A DNA stretch of 64,000 nucleotides from Squalus acanthias (Eukaryota): the NCBI GenBank assembly GCA_030390025.1, contig JASTWF010000360.1:248001-312000 (forward strand). Reading direction: 5' to 3'. Made by a program: the position numbers and the translations under genes. Each line of letters starts with the position of its first letter. Position 1 is the first letter of the stretch. The notes beneath the pieces were generated by a model, which did no database searches, was not told where the DNA came from, and worked only from the letters and a program-made list of their open reading frames with translations. This document shows, piece after piece, positions 45,917-58,752 of the stretch.

Positions 45917-48360
45917 TTCTTCTCTTCTCTGTTCTCAGGCAGTCCCTCGGAACCGATGCGGCACCTACAGTCTCTGTCACAGGTGGGGCAGACAGTGGTT
46001 GAAGGGGCGGGTGGGTGGGGTGCTTGGGTTGACGTGCGCTCCTTGCGCTGCCTGCGCTTGGCTTCCGCTTGCTCCTGGCAAAGAGACTCGAGGTGTTCGG
46101 CGCCTTCCCGGAAGATTCTCCTCCACTTTATACGATCTTGGGCCAGGAATTCCCAGGTGTCGGTGGGGATGTTACACTTTTTCAAGGAGGCTTTGAGGGG
46201 TGTCCTTGAAGCGTTTCCTCTGCCCACCTGGGGCTCTCTTGCCGTGTCGGAGCTCCGAGTAGAGCGCTTGTTTTGGGAGTCTCGAATCAGGCATGCGGAC
46301 GATGTGACCCGTCCATCGGAGCTGATCGAGCGTGGTCAAAGCTTCGATGCTGGGGATGTTGGCCTGAGCGAGAACACTGACGTTGGTGCACCTATCCTGC
46401 CAATGGATTTGCAGGATCTTGCGGAGGCAGCGTTGGTGGTACCTCTCCAGTGCTTTGAGGTGCCTGCTATACATGGTCCATGTCTCTGAGGCATACAGCA
46501 GGGCGGGTATCACTGCTGCTCTGTAGACCATGAGCTTAGTGCCGGGTTTGAGGTCCTGGTTTTCAAACACTCTCTGTAAGGGTTTTCATGCCTGTGTCTC
46601 AGACGGTGCTGATGCGAGGTTAGGCCTTCATTGCCTAATACTATTGCTTGCTCTGGTCTCCGGCCAGCCTTAATGCAATAAGCACCTGTGAGTGGTTCGA
46701 CCCACTCACCCTTACAGTTCTAACACTGGACTTAGGTGCAGGAGCAGTAATGCAGAGAAAACTCAAATAGACCCGGTTGAATAGCACAAAATGGAAATCT
46801 TTATTGCATAGCGTCCAAAATCATGAAGTACATGTCATAGGCGCAAATTAACGAGAGTACAAGTATACATACATTCATAAAACTTGGTCTATGGTAATGA
46901 AGAACACACGGCACATCGTAAAAAGGGGAACACATTATACTTTATCCTTAATAAAACCACCCTCCCTTATCAATACCTACACTACATCTAGATTTGTAAG
47001 ATCGGGAAAACGATTCCAGCACTTATATCTTTGCTATTGTTTCAAATGCAAACAGGTTGCATCCTGTCTTTATCAATGTTTACCGAGTATGATCCAATCT
47101 TATACTGAAATGTTTATTCGAACGCCATCTTGTCTGCCCACTGTATTTCTGGAAGCTTCTGCCACGATGCGCGATGGCCATTTTACAGGCTTCTGTGTCC
47201 TTTATAATCATGACAGCATTTCGTTTAATAAAACTGATCAAACAAATCTGCTTCTCTCTTGTTATTTTGAATCGCGATAATTGCAAAACTTTATACTCTT
47301 CCTCAGGCGACTGAAGGCTGCACTCGCACACTGAAGGCGGTGTTGGACTTCGTCGTCGACGTCTGCCCTTGTTAACAGTAGGCTCCCGAGGTATGGAAAG
47401 TGGTCCACGTTGTCCATGGCCTTGTCGTGGATTTTGATAATCGGGGGGCAGTACTGTGTGGCGGGGGCAGGTTGGTAGAGAACCTTTGTCTTACGGATGT
47501 TTAGTGTCAGGCCCATGCTCTCGTACGCTTCGGTGAAGATGTTGACGATGGTTTGGAGTTTGACCTCCGAGTGAGCGCAGACGCAAGCGTCGTCTGCATA
47601 CTGTAATTCGACGACAGAGGAGGGGACGACCTTGGATCTGGACCGGAGGCGATGGAGGTTGAACAGTTTCCCGTTTGTTCTGTAAATTAGCTCCACTCCA
47701 GCGGGGAGCTTACTGAGGGTGAGATGGAGCATTGCAGCCAGGAAGATCGAGAAGAGCGTTGGTGCGATGACACAGCCTTGTTTGACCCCGGTCCGTATGT
47801 GAATTGGGTCTGTGGTGGAACCGTTGGTCAGGATCACGGCTTGCATGTCGTCGTGAAGCTGGCGGAGGATGGTGACAAACTTTTGAGGGCAGCTGAATTT
47901 GCGGAGGACACTCCATAATCCCTCACGGTTGACAGTGTCGAAGTCCTTTGTGAGATCAAAGATGGCCATGTACAATGGTTGGTGCTGTTCCCTGCATTTC
48001 TCTTGTAATTGACGCGCGGTGAAGATCATGTCCATTGTGCCCCTTAGTGGGCGGAATCCGCATTGCGACTCTGGGAGGAGCTCTTCGGCCACTGGGAGAA
48101 GGCGATTGAGGAGGATTCTTGTGATGACCTTCCCTGTGGCAGACAGCAGGGAAACTCCTCTGTAATTACCGCAATCGGACTTGTCACCTTTCTTGAAGAT
48201 GGTCACAATTACGGCGTCTCTGAGATCCCCTGGCATGCTCTCCTCCTTCCAGGTAAGAGAAATGAGTTCATGAATTCGTGCCAGTAGTGCTTCTCCGCCA
48301 TGCTTTAGTGCCTCGGCGGGGATTCCATCTGCTCCTGAGGCCTTGTTGTTCTTCAGTTGT
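45917..48360 (-). mobile_element. RTE-clade LINE, 5'-truncated, split by an LTR
   Basis: KASGADGIPAE, GVKQGCVIAPTLF, LQYADD and C-terminal CPTCDRDC. RLRK|RVFENQD joins across 47296/46574. Confidence 0.92.
46575..47295 (-). mobile_element. Short (about 720 bp), old solo LTR related to the provirus
   Basis: Starts TGTAAGGG. Shares CACCTGTGAGTGGTTCGACCCACTC, TTTATTGCAT and AATGTTTATT.GAACGCCATCTTGTCTGCC with the other LTRs. CTC is duplicated at the flanks. Confidence 0.85.
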
Positions 48361-49056
48361 ACTAAGTAAAACACTACATACGTACTAACACCGGCGATTG
48401 GTCAATTCGGCGATGACTAGATGTATGATTTCAGACAAATGCCAAGGCTGCAGCCTCGAGTGTCTTTTTACAGCACCTTCTATACCTTAAAACCTGGCAA
48501 ACCTCCCACTGCGTACGTGTCCCAAACTTATACAAAGAATAGTCAGAAGTTGTTTTTCTCTTCTTATCAGTGGTCAGTCAGTCAGTCAATGGGCCGCAAG
48601 GCTGGTTACATTCCAAAGTCTGATTAACGATTTGGAGGAGGGGACCAAGTGCAACGTATCCAAGTTTGCAGACGATACAAAGATGGGAGGGAAAGCAGTG
48701 AGTGAGGAGGACATAAAAAACCTGCAAAAGGACATAGGCAGGCTAAGTGAGTGGGCAGAAATTTGGCAGATGGAATATAATGTTGGAAAGTGTGAGGTTA
48801 TGCACTTTGGCAGAAAAAATCAAAGAGCAAGTTATTATCTAAATGGAAAGAAACTGCAAAGTGTTACAGTACAAAGGGATCTGGGGGTCATAAGAACATA
48901 AGAAATAGGAGCAGGAGTAGGTGGGGTTAACAGTGGGCAGATGGCCAGGAGCACATTGGAATAGTTGAGTCTGGAGGCAAGAGAGGCATGGATGAAACAA
49001 GGGTGAGAATTTGAAATGCGGGACATTTAAACTCAAACTCGTTAGATTGCCTCCAT

Positions 49057-50814
49057 TTAGTCGGTGTCCATTGGAACTTGCTTCTGGTCATCGGACGGCA
49101 TGTTCTGATCACCCTGGGCCTGGTTACGATTGGTGAGGAGCGGCCAGTTAATTTGTGGATGGTGTTTCTTCATGTGGGCAGCAATGGCTTCAACAGTCGG
49201 CCCGAATTCGATCACACTGTTCTTCCTGTAGCCGTTGTCATACTCGTATCCTCCAGCGTGCATCCCCACAAGCTCACCAGAGATATTGAACACGGGGGAA
49301 CCAGAAGCACCATGGAAGAAGCAAGTATTGTAGGTAATCTTGTCTGAACGTAGTATTTCACTGAAAGTGTTCTTAGTGATCAGTTGGAAGTAGCATGGAT
49401 GACTGCGAACTTCCTCCACTCGTTGTTTGAGAGAGATGACGAAGCAAGTGTCGGTGGATTTGGGAACCCCATCAGGGTGACCTATAATGTAGACCACTCC
49501 ATTCTGGGGCGGGGTGGTTGCCCTGGGTGACACACCTGGTGGAAGACCTGGTCCTTGGCCATCAGGGACCTCCAGTCTCAGCAGCGCATAGTCAAGATCT
49601 TGGCAGTAGACTTCGAGCCATGGATGAACTTTGTACCAAACACTGGTCTGATGCTCATCTTTGTAGGTGAAGCTTATCGCAGTAGACTTCTGTATTATGG
49701 CTCTCCATTCACCCTCAGGCACCCAGTCCCCTACGATCTTCTTCACCACGTGGTAACATGTCAGAATGTAGTGGTCACCGAGGTGGAAGCAGGAGGCGGT
49801 GCCTTGATTCCCGTTGTTATTCCATCTGACAAATCCAACGGACTCGCTCAATTGCACCAGCATCTCGTGGGCCCTAATGGTAACGGCATCACTCGTGATC
49901 TTCCCAAAGTTTTCCTTGAACACGTTCCATTGCCTTCGATACTTCTTAATGCCTCTTTCCTTTTCCAAATATTCATCAACCTCCTCTTTCAGCTCGCGGA
50001 GCAGCTCGTTCCCTTCTCCTGCCACATTCCTCTCCTCTTGGCTCTCGCTTGGGTCGGCACCGCCTGCCTTACTCCCTGCGTGATACTTCTTGCTACTCAG
50101 TTGAACTTCAAAGCGTCGGTTGTGAAGGTCATTCACGGTGAGGGTGAACTGAAGAGACTTCTGCCCTTCGAGCAGGTTCCACATATTGTCATTAATTTCG
50201 GACAAGAGCCTCCCGTCCTCGCACAGAGCCTCTCGGATAGTCTCGCCCTCAAAGGCGAAAATGCACAGGTCACATCCATTGCCTCGCAGTGATTTGGACT
50301 TGATAATGCGTCTCGTTCCTGTGCCAAGTTTGCCAGATGATTTTCCAGTGCTCCGGACGTGGAATATAACGCACTGCTTATCTGAAGAATCGGCATTCCG
50401 ATAGCATAACTCACTGTTATTTTGGTAGAATATCACTTCGAAATGGGCTTTCCGTGGCAGACATTTGCAAGGCATCCCTAGGTTGACAGCACCCGTGAAC
50501 TCTCTCTTCCCAATTAAGTGGAATTCCTTCCCCTTGTTTTTCTCTTCTTCCTTGAACGCCTCGGAAGACTTCAGAACAAAAAGCAAATTCTCGTCTGGTG
50601 CCCCTCTCACCACGTGCTCCGTGCTGTCCCTTTGTAAACTGAACGTGAACTCTTTCACTCTGTCCTCGTCGCTGTGTTCTGCAGCCTTGCCCATGGTCGC
50701 CTCTTGCATTTTACCCATGTCGTTTGAGGCATTTCTGGCAGAGAGAGGTTCTCGCTTTTCGGTGTGGGACTTTTTACCCGGCACTGGAGTGGGAGGTTGA
50801 TTTGTATCTTTCTC
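49057..50814 (-). CDS. FAM111A: FAM111-like trypsin-fold serine protease, large second coding exon
   Basis: GAVNLGMPCKCLP and FAFEGETIREALCEDGR (ubiquitin-like repeats), catalytic triad TCYHVV / LDYALL / FHGASGSPVF. Acceptor ttttgactttcctctccAG at 50816-50815, phase 0. Family call is firm; A versus B orthology is not established. Confidence 0.9.
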   Translation of the reverse strand, partial: EKDTNQPPTPVPGKKSHTEKREPLSARNASNDMGKMQEATMGKAAEHSDEDRVKEFTFSLQRDSTEHVVRGAPDENLLFVLKSSEAFKEEEKNKGKEFHLIGKREFTGAVNLGMPCKCLPRKAHFEVIFYQNNSELCYRNADSSDKQCVIFHVRSTGKSSGKLGTGTRRIIKSKSLRGNGCDLCIFAFEGETIREALCEDGRLLSEINDNMWNLLEGQKSLQFTLTVNDLHNRRFEVQLSSKKYHAGSKAGGADPSESQEERNVAGEGNELLRELKEEVDEYLEKERGIKKYRRQWNVFKENFGKITSDAVTIRAHEMLVQLSESVGFVRWNNNGNQGTASCFHLGDHYILTCYHVVKKIVGDWVPEGEWRAIIQKSTAISFTYKDEHQTSVWYKVHPWLEVYCQDLDYALLRLEVPDGQGPGLPPGVSPRATTPPQNGVVYIIGHPDGVPKSTDTCFVISLKQRVEEVRSHPCYFQLITKNTFSEILRSDKITYNTCFFHGASGSPVFNISGELVGMHAGGYEYDNGYRKNSVIEFGPTVEAIAAHMKKHHPQINWPLLTNRNQAQGDQNMPSDDQKQVPMDTD

Positions 50815-50849
50815 CTGGAGAGGAAAGTCAAAATTCAGTGGAACTGAAA

Positions 50850-51465
50850 TGGAACAGGAGCAGGCCATTCAGCCCCTCGAGCCTGTTACACAGGAACAGG
50901 AGGAGGCCATTCAGCCCCTCGAGCCTCTTACATAGGAACAGAAGGAGGCCATTCAGCCCCTCGAGCCTGTTACACAGGAGCAGGCCATTCAGCCCCTCGA
51001 GCCTGTTACACAGGAACAGGAGGAGGCCATTCAGCCCCTCGAGCCTGTTACACAGGAACAGGAGCAGGCCATTCAGCCCCTCGAGCCTGTTACACAGGAA
51101 CAGGAGGAGGCCATTCAGCCCCTCGAGCCTGTTACACCGGAAGAGGAGGAGGCCATTCAGCCCCTCGAGCCTGTTACACAGGAACAGGAGGAGGCCATTC
51201 AGCCCCTCGAGCTAGTTACACAGGAACAGGAGGAGGTCATTCAGCCCCTCGAGCCTGTTACACAGGAACAGGAGGAGGCCATTCAGCCCCTCGAGCCTGT
51301 TACACAGGAACAGGAGCAGGCCATTCAGCCCCTCGAGCCTGTTACACAGGAACAGGAGGAGGCCATTCAGCCCCTCGAGCCTGTTACACAGGAAGAGGAG
51401 GAGGCCATTCAGCCCCTCGAGCCTGTTACACAGGAAGAGGAGGAGGCCATTCAGCCCCTTGAGCT
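50850..51465. repeat. 42-bp minisatellite that runs into a CR1 3' end
   Basis: The last unit continues as ...GAGCTTGTTCCGTCATTCAATTACATCATGGCTGA (CR1 3' UTR, antisense). Confidence 0.92.
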
Positions 51466-51479
51466 TGTTCCGTCATTCA

Positions 51480-54350
51480 ATTACATCATGGCTGAGCCTT
51501 GATTCCATAATTGCCTAACAAAAATCTCTCAATTCCAGTTTTGAAACTTTCAATGACCCCTCCAGTCTCAACAGCTTTTTGGGGGAAAGAGTTCCAGATT
51601 TCCACTCCCCTTTGTGTGAAGAAGGGCTTCCTGACATCACCCCTGAACGGCCTGGCTCTAATTTTAAGGTTTTGCCCCCTTGTTCGGGACTCCCCCCACC
51701 AGAGGAAATCGTTTCTCTCTATCTACTCCATCAACTTGTTTAATCATCTTAATCATAGAATCATAGAAAGTTACAGCACGGAAGGAGGCCATTTTGTACC
51801 ATCGTGTCCGCGCTGGCCAACAAAGAGCTATCCAGCCTAATCCCACTTCCCAGCTCTTGGTCGGTAGCCCTGCAGGTTAGAGCATCCCAAGTGCACATCC
51901 AAGTACTTTTTAAATGTGGTTAGGGTTCCTGCCTCTACCAGCCTTTCAGGCAGTGAGTTCCAGACCCCCACAACCCTCTGGGTGAAGAAATTTCCCCTCA
52001 AATCCCCTCTAAACCTTCCACCAATTATTTTAATTTGACACTTCTGCTAAGGGAAATAGGTCCTTTCTATCCACTTTATCTAGGCCCCTCATAATTTTAT
52101 ACACCTCAATAAGCTCTCCCCTCAGCCTCCTCTGTTCCAAGGAAAACAGACCCAGCCTATCCAATCTTTCCTCATAGCTAAGATTCTCTACTCCCGGCAA
52201 CATCCTTGTAAATCTCCTCTGTACCCTCTCTAGTGCAATCACATCTTTCCTGTAATGTGGTGACCAGAACTGCACGCAGTACTCTAGCTGAGGCCTAACT
52301 AGTGTTTTATACAGTTGAAGCATAATCCCCCTGCTCTTGTATTCTATGCCACGGCTAATAAAAGCAAGCATTCCGTATGCCTTCTTAACCACCTTATCTA
52401 CCTGGCCTGCTACCTTCAGGGATCTGTGGACATGCACTCCAAGGTCCCTTTGTTCCTCTACACTACTCAGTGTCCAACCATTTAATGTGTATTCCCTTTC
52501 CTTGTTTGCCCTCCCAAAATGCATTACCTCACACTTCTCCGGATTGAATTCCATTTGCCACTGTTCTGCCCACCTGACCAGTCCATTGATATCTTCCTGC
52601 AGTCTGCAGGTTTCAACCACACGGCCAATTTTTGTATCCTCTGCAAATTTCTTAATCATACTTCCTACATTCAAGTCCAAATCATTGATATGTACAACAA
52701 AAAGCAAAGCACCTAGTAATGCACCCTGCAGAACCCCACTGGAGACAGCCATCCAGTCACAAAAACATCCATCGACCATTACCCTTTGTTTCCTGCCTCT
52801 GAGCCAATTTTGGATCCAACTTTCCACTTTCCCTTGAATCCCATGGGCTTTGACTTTCGTGACCAGTCTGCCATGCAGGACCTTGTCAAAAGCCTTGCTA
52901 AGGTCTGTTTGATGAACTTGATTGAGTTCTTTGATGAAGTAATGGAGAGTGTCGATGAGGGTAATGCGGTTGATGTTGTGTATATGGACTTTCAAAAGGC
53001 GTTTGATAAAGTACTGCATATTCGACTTGGTCACAAAATTGAAGCACATGGGATTAAAGGGGCTGTGGCTGCGAGGGAAGTGTGCAGTGGTGTCCCCCAG
53101 GGATCGGTATCGGGACCACTGCCCTTTTTGATATATATTAATGACCTGGACCTGGGTATAAAGAGCAGAATTTCAAAGTTTGCAGATGAAATGAAACTCA
53201 GAAATGTAGTAAACAGTGAGGAGAGTAACAGACTTCAGGAGGACACAGACAGACTGGTGAAGTGGGCGGACACATGGCAGATTAAATTTAATGCAGAGAA
53301 GTATGAAGTGATTTAGTTTGGTAGCAAAAATGAGGAGAGGCAACATAAACTAAATGGTACAATTTTAAAGGGGGTGCAGGAACAGAGAGACCTGGGGGTA
53401 TGTAAGAACACAAGAAATAGGAGCAGGAGTAGGCCATTCGGCCCCTCGAGCCTGCTCCGCCATTCAGCAAGATCATGGCTGATCTTCTACCTCAACTCCA
53501 CTTTCCTGCACTTAAAGCTAAAGGTATCAAGGGATATGGGGAGAAGGCAGGTACAGGGTACTGAGTTTGGATGATCAGCCATGATCTCATCAAATGGCGG
53601 AGCAGGCTCGAGGGGCCGAATGGCCTGCTCCTGCTCCTATCTTCTATGTTTCTATGTTTACTATTCCCATATCCCTTGATTCCCATAATATCCAAAAATC
53701 TATTGATCTCTGTCTGGAATCTACTCAATGACTGAGCCTCCACAGCCCTCTGGGGTAGAGAATTCCAAAGATTCACCACCCTCTGAGTGAAGAAATTGCT
53801 CCTCATCTCAGTCCTGAATGGCCGACCCTTTATTCTGAGACTGTGACCCTTGGTTCAAGACTCACCAGCCAGGGGAAACATCCTCCCTGCATCTACCCTG
53901 TCAAGCCCTGTAAGAATTTATGTATGTTTCAATGAGATCACCTCTCATTCTTCTAAACTCCAGTGAATATAGACCCATTCTACTCAATCTCTCCTCACAG
54001 GACAATTCCCCCATCCCAGGAACCTGTCTGATGAACCTTTGTTGCACTCCCTCTATGGCAAGTATATCCTTCCTTAGGTAAGGAGACCAGAACTGTGCAC
54101 AATACTCCAGGTGTGGTCTCACTAGGGCCCTATTTAATTGCAGTAAGACGTCTTTACTCTTATACTCAAATCCTCTTGTCGTAAATATATGCACACAAGT
54201 CTTTGACGGTGGCAGGACAAATTGAGAAGACTGTTCAAAAGACATACAGGATTCTTGGCTTCATAAATAAAGGCTTAGAGTACAAAAGCAAGGAAGTTAT
54301 GCTAAACCTTTATAAAACACAGGCTGGTCCCCATGGAGTATTGTGGCCAA
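51480..54350. mobile_element. Cluster of CR1 fragments on both strands inside the FAM111 intron
   Basis: RT pieces at 52030-52900(-), 52900-53400(+) and 53660-54180(-), with several tails. Confidence 0.85.
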
Positions 54351-54401
54351 TGAATATTTACAAGTAACTGCAGTGAAGGTGGATTTTGATCATGGACTTA
54401 C

Positions 54402-54479
54402 CTTCAGAAAAGAACGTATATTCTCTTTTCCGAGTGGTTTCAAATCCCTTTTGGATTTCCTGCGTTGTTTCGAGCACAT
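54402..54479 (-). CDS. FAM111A: FAM111-like first coding exon (MCSKQRRKSKRDLKPLGKENIRSFLK) with basic stretch and PIP-box-like motif
   Basis: ATG at 54479, GTAAGT donor at 54401-54396, acceptor tctttcAG with exon start at 54528. Splices in frame to 50814 giving 611 aa; resembles the human FAM111A N-terminus (MSCKKQRSRK...KIEHYF, from memory). Confidence 0.82.
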
Positions 54480-54611
54480 GATTCTGTTTCTGTGGTTATC
54501 ACTGAAATAACGACAGACTGTAATATCCCTGAAAGACAATGATTAATAAGCATGACTAAAATACAGTGATATGGTGGTCAGAGATGAACTTATGTAGACC
54601 CTATCGGAAGG

Positions 54612-56222
54612 AAACATAGAAACATAGAAGATAGGAGCAGGAGTAGGCCATTCGGCCCCTCGAGCCTGCTCCGCCTTTCGATGAGATCATGGCTGATCAT
54701 CCAAACTCAGTACCCTGTACCTGTCTTCGCCCCATATCCCTTGATACCTTTAGCTTTAAGTGCGGGAAAGTGGAGTTGAGGTAGAAGATCAGCCTTTAGC
54801 TTTAAGAAATATATCTACCTCATTCTTGAATATATTTAATGACTTGGCCTCAACTACCTTCTGTGGTAGAGAATTCCACTGGTTCACCACTCTCTGGGTG
54901 AAGAAATTCTTCCTCATTTCTGTCCTAAATGGCTTACCCCTTATCCTTAGATTATGACCCCTGGTTCTGGACTCTCCGACCATCGGGAACATTCTTCCTG
55001 CATCTAGTTTGTCCAGACCTGTCAGAATTTTATATGTTTCGATGAGATCCCCTCTCATTCTTCTATACTCCAGCGAGTATAAGCCCAATCGACCCAATCT
55101 CTCCTCATATGTCATTCCTGCCATCCCAGGTCCAGCCTTGTGAATCTTCGCTGAACTCCTTCCATGGCAAGAACATCCTTCCTCAGATAAGGCGACCAAA
55201 ACTGCACACAGTACTCAAGGTGTGGTCTCACCAAGGCCCTGTACAACTGCAGCAGGACATCCCTGTTCCTATACTCAAACCCTTTCGCTATGAAGGCCAA
55301 CATACCATTTGCCTTCTTCACCGCCTGCTGCACCTGCATGCTTACCTTCAGCGACTGGTGCACAAGGACACCCAGGTCTCGTTGCACTGCCCCTTCTCCC
55401 AATCTATTGCCATTCAGATAATAGTCTGCCTTTCTGTTTTTGACACCAAAGTGGATAACCTCGCATTTATCCACGTTATATTGCATCTGCCACGCTTCTG
55501 CCCACTCACCCAACCTGTCCAAATCATCCTGGAGTTTCTCAGTATCCTCCTCGGAGCACACACGCCCACCCAGCTTTGTGTCATCTGCAAACTTGGAGAT
55601 ATTACATTTAGTTCCCTTATCCAGATCATTAATGTATATTGTGAATAGCTGGGGTCCAAGGACCGAACCCTGCGGTACCCCACTAGTCACTGCCTGCCAC
55701 TCGGAAAAAGACCCATTAATTCCTACTCTCTGCTTTCTGTCCGCCAACCAGTTCTCTATCCAAGTCAATACCTTGCCCCCAATCCCATGTGCCTTAACTT
55801 TACACGCTAATCTCTTTTGCGGGACCTTATCGAAAGCCTTTTGAAAGTCCAAATACATCACATCTACTGGTTCTCCCTTATCTATTTTCCCAGTTACATC
55901 CTCAAAAACTTCCAGTAGATTAGTCAAGCACGATTTACCTTTTGTAAATCCATGTTGACTTTGTCCGATCCTGTCACTGTTTTTCAAGTGCTCAGCTATT
56001 ACATCCTTTATAATGGACTCTCGCATTTTCCCCACTACCGATGTCAGGCTTAACGGTCTGTAATTCCCCGCTTTCTCTCTACCACCCTTTTTGAATAGTG
56101 GGGTAACATTAGCTACCCTCCAATCCATGGGTACAGTTCCAGATTTCATCGAATGTTGGAAGATGATCAGCAATGCATCTACTATTTCTAGGGCGACTTC
56201 CTTAAGTACCCTAGGATATAGA
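54612..56222 (-). mobile_element. 5'-truncated CR1 (frameshifted)
   Basis: RT ORF 55112-56248 plus C-terminus 54789-55199; tail at 54612. Confidence 0.92.
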
Positions 56223-56225
56223 TTA

Positions 56226-56918
56226 TCACAGGAACAGGAGGAGGCCATTCAGCCCCTCGAGCCTGATACACAGGAGCAGGAGGAGGCCATTCAGCCCCTC
56301 GAGCCTGATACACAGGAACAGGAGGAGGCCATTCAGCCCCTCGAGCCTCTTACACAGGAACAGGAGGAGGCCATTCAGCCCCTCGAGCCTGTTACACAAG
56401 AACAGGAGGATGCCATTCAGCCCCTCAAGCATGTTACATAGGAACAGGCGGCGGCCATTCAGCCCCTCAAGCCTGTTACATAGAACAGGAGGAGGCCATT
56501 CAGCCCCTCGAGCCTGTTACACAGGAACAGGAGGAGGCCATTCAGCCCCTCGAGCCTGTTACATAGGAACAGAAGGAGGCCATTCAGCCCCTCAAGCCTG
56601 TTGCACAGGAGCAGGAGGAGGCCATTCATCCCCTCGAGCCTGTTACACAGGAACAGGAGGAGGCCATTCAGCACCTCGAGCCCGTTACACAGGAACAGGA
56701 GGAGGCCATTCAGCCCCTCAAGCCTGTTACATAGGAACAGGAGGAGGCAATTCAGCCCCTTGAGCCCGTTACACAGGAACAGGAGGAGGCCATTCAGCCC
56801 CTCGAGCCTGTTACACAGGAACAGGAGGAGGCCATTCAGCCCCTCGAGCCAGTTACATAGGAACAGGAGTAGTCCATTCATTCCCTCGAGCCTTTTACAC
56901 AGCAACAGGAGGAGGCCA
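56226..56918. repeat. 42-bp minisatellite
   Basis: Tandem units directly visible. Confidence 0.95.
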
Positions 56919-56919
56919 A

Positions 56920-58128
56920 AGGGGAACCGGTAGATGTGGTGTATCTGGATTTTCAGAAGTTCTTCGATAAGGTCCCACACAAGAGGTTGGTGAACAAAAT
57001 TAGGGTACATGGAATTGGGGGTAATATACTAGCATGGATTGAGAATTGGTTAACAGACAGAAAACAAAGAGTAGGGATAAAGGGTCTTTTTCAGGATGGC
57101 AGGCTGTGACTAGTGGGGTTCTGCTAGGATCGGTGCTTGGGCCCCAGCTATTCACAATCTATATCAATGATTCGGATGAGGGGACTAAACGTAACATTTC
57201 CAAATTTGCTGATGATACAAAGCTAGGTGGCAGTGTTAGTTGTGAAGAGGATGTGAAGAGGCTTCAAGGGGATCTCGACATGCTCAGTGAGTGGGCGAGA
57301 ACATGGCAGATGGCATATAATGTGGATAAATGTGAAGTGATCCACTTTGGTAGAAAAAAACAGAAAGGAAGAGTATTTCCTAAATGGTGAAAGATTGGGG
57401 AGTGCAGATGCTCAAAGGGAACCTGGGTGTCCTTGTACATGAGTCACTGAAAGTGAATGTGCAGGTGCAGCAAGCCATTAGGAAGGCAAATGGTATGCTG
57501 GCTTTCATTACAAGAGGATTTGAGTACGGGAGTAAAGAAGTCTTACTCCAATTATATAGGGCCTTGGTGAGACCACACCTGGAGTACTGTGTACAATTTT
57601 GGTCTCCTTACCTAAGGAAGGATATACTTGCCATAGAGGGAGTGCAACGAAGGTTCACGAGATTGATTCCTGGGATGGTGGGACTGTCGTATGAGAAGAG
57701 ATTGAGTAAACTAGGCCCGTATTCTCTTGAATTCAGAAGAATGAGGGGGGTTCTCATTGAAGCATACAAAATTATTACAGGGCTTGATAGGATGGATGCT
57801 GGGAGAATGTTTCCATTGGCTGGGGAGTCTCGAACCAGGGGCCACAGCCTCAGGATAAAGGGTCGGCCATTCATAACTGAGATGAGAAGAAATTTCTTCA
57901 GACAGAGGGTGGTGAATCTTTGGAATTCTCTACCCCAGAGGGCTGTGGAGGCTCAGTCATTGGGTATATTCAAAACAGAAGTCGATAGATTTCTGACTAG
58001 TAAGGGCATCAAGGGATATGGCGATAGGGCCGGTGAATGGAGTTGAGGCAGAAGATCAGTCATGATCTCATTGAATGGCTTGAAGGGCCGAATGGCCGAC
58101 TTCTGCTCTTATTTCTTATGTTCTTATG
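56920..58128 (+). mobile_element. 5'-truncated CR1
   Basis: RT fragments 57046-57390 and 57384-58046; tail TTCTTATG. Confidence 0.9.
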
Positions 58129-58752
58129 TAGGCCATTCAACCCCTCGGACATGTTACCCAACAAAAATCTATCAATCTCAGTTTTGAAATTCCCAATTGA
58201 CCCCCCACCAGCCTCGACAGCTTTTTGGGGGAGAGAGTTCCAGATTTCCACTCCCCTTTGTGTGAAGAAGTGCTTCCTGACATCACCCCTGAATGGCCTA
58301 GCTCTAATTTTAAGGTGATGCCCTCTTGTTCTGGACTCACCCATCAGAGGAAATAGTTTCTCTCTGTCTACCCCACCAACTCCTTTAATCATCTTAAAAC
58401 ACCTCGATTCAATCACCCCTTAAACTTCTATATTCATAGAATGGTTGCAGCACAGAAGAGGCCATTCAGCCTGTCGAGCCCGTGCCGGCTCTCTGCAAGA
58501 GCACTTCAGCTAGTCCCACTCCCCCGCCCTTTCCCCGTAGCCCTGCAAATATTTTTCCTTCAGGTACTTATCCAATTCCCTTTTGACCTGCCACTATTGA
58601 ATCTGCCTCCACCACCCTTTCAGGCAGTGGATTCCAGCTCATAACCACTCGCTGCGTAAAAAGATTTTCCTCATGTCGCCTTTGGTTCATCTAAGTAATT
58701 GATGTAGATTGTGAATAGCTGAGGCCCAAGTTCTGATCCTTATAGAGTCTCT

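Noticed and set aside
50815..50868. N-terminus MACSCSISVPLNFDFPLQ of the 603-aa ORF
   Set aside because: The ATG lies in satellite sequence and the segment contains the polypyrimidine tract and acceptor; the real start is probably 54479.
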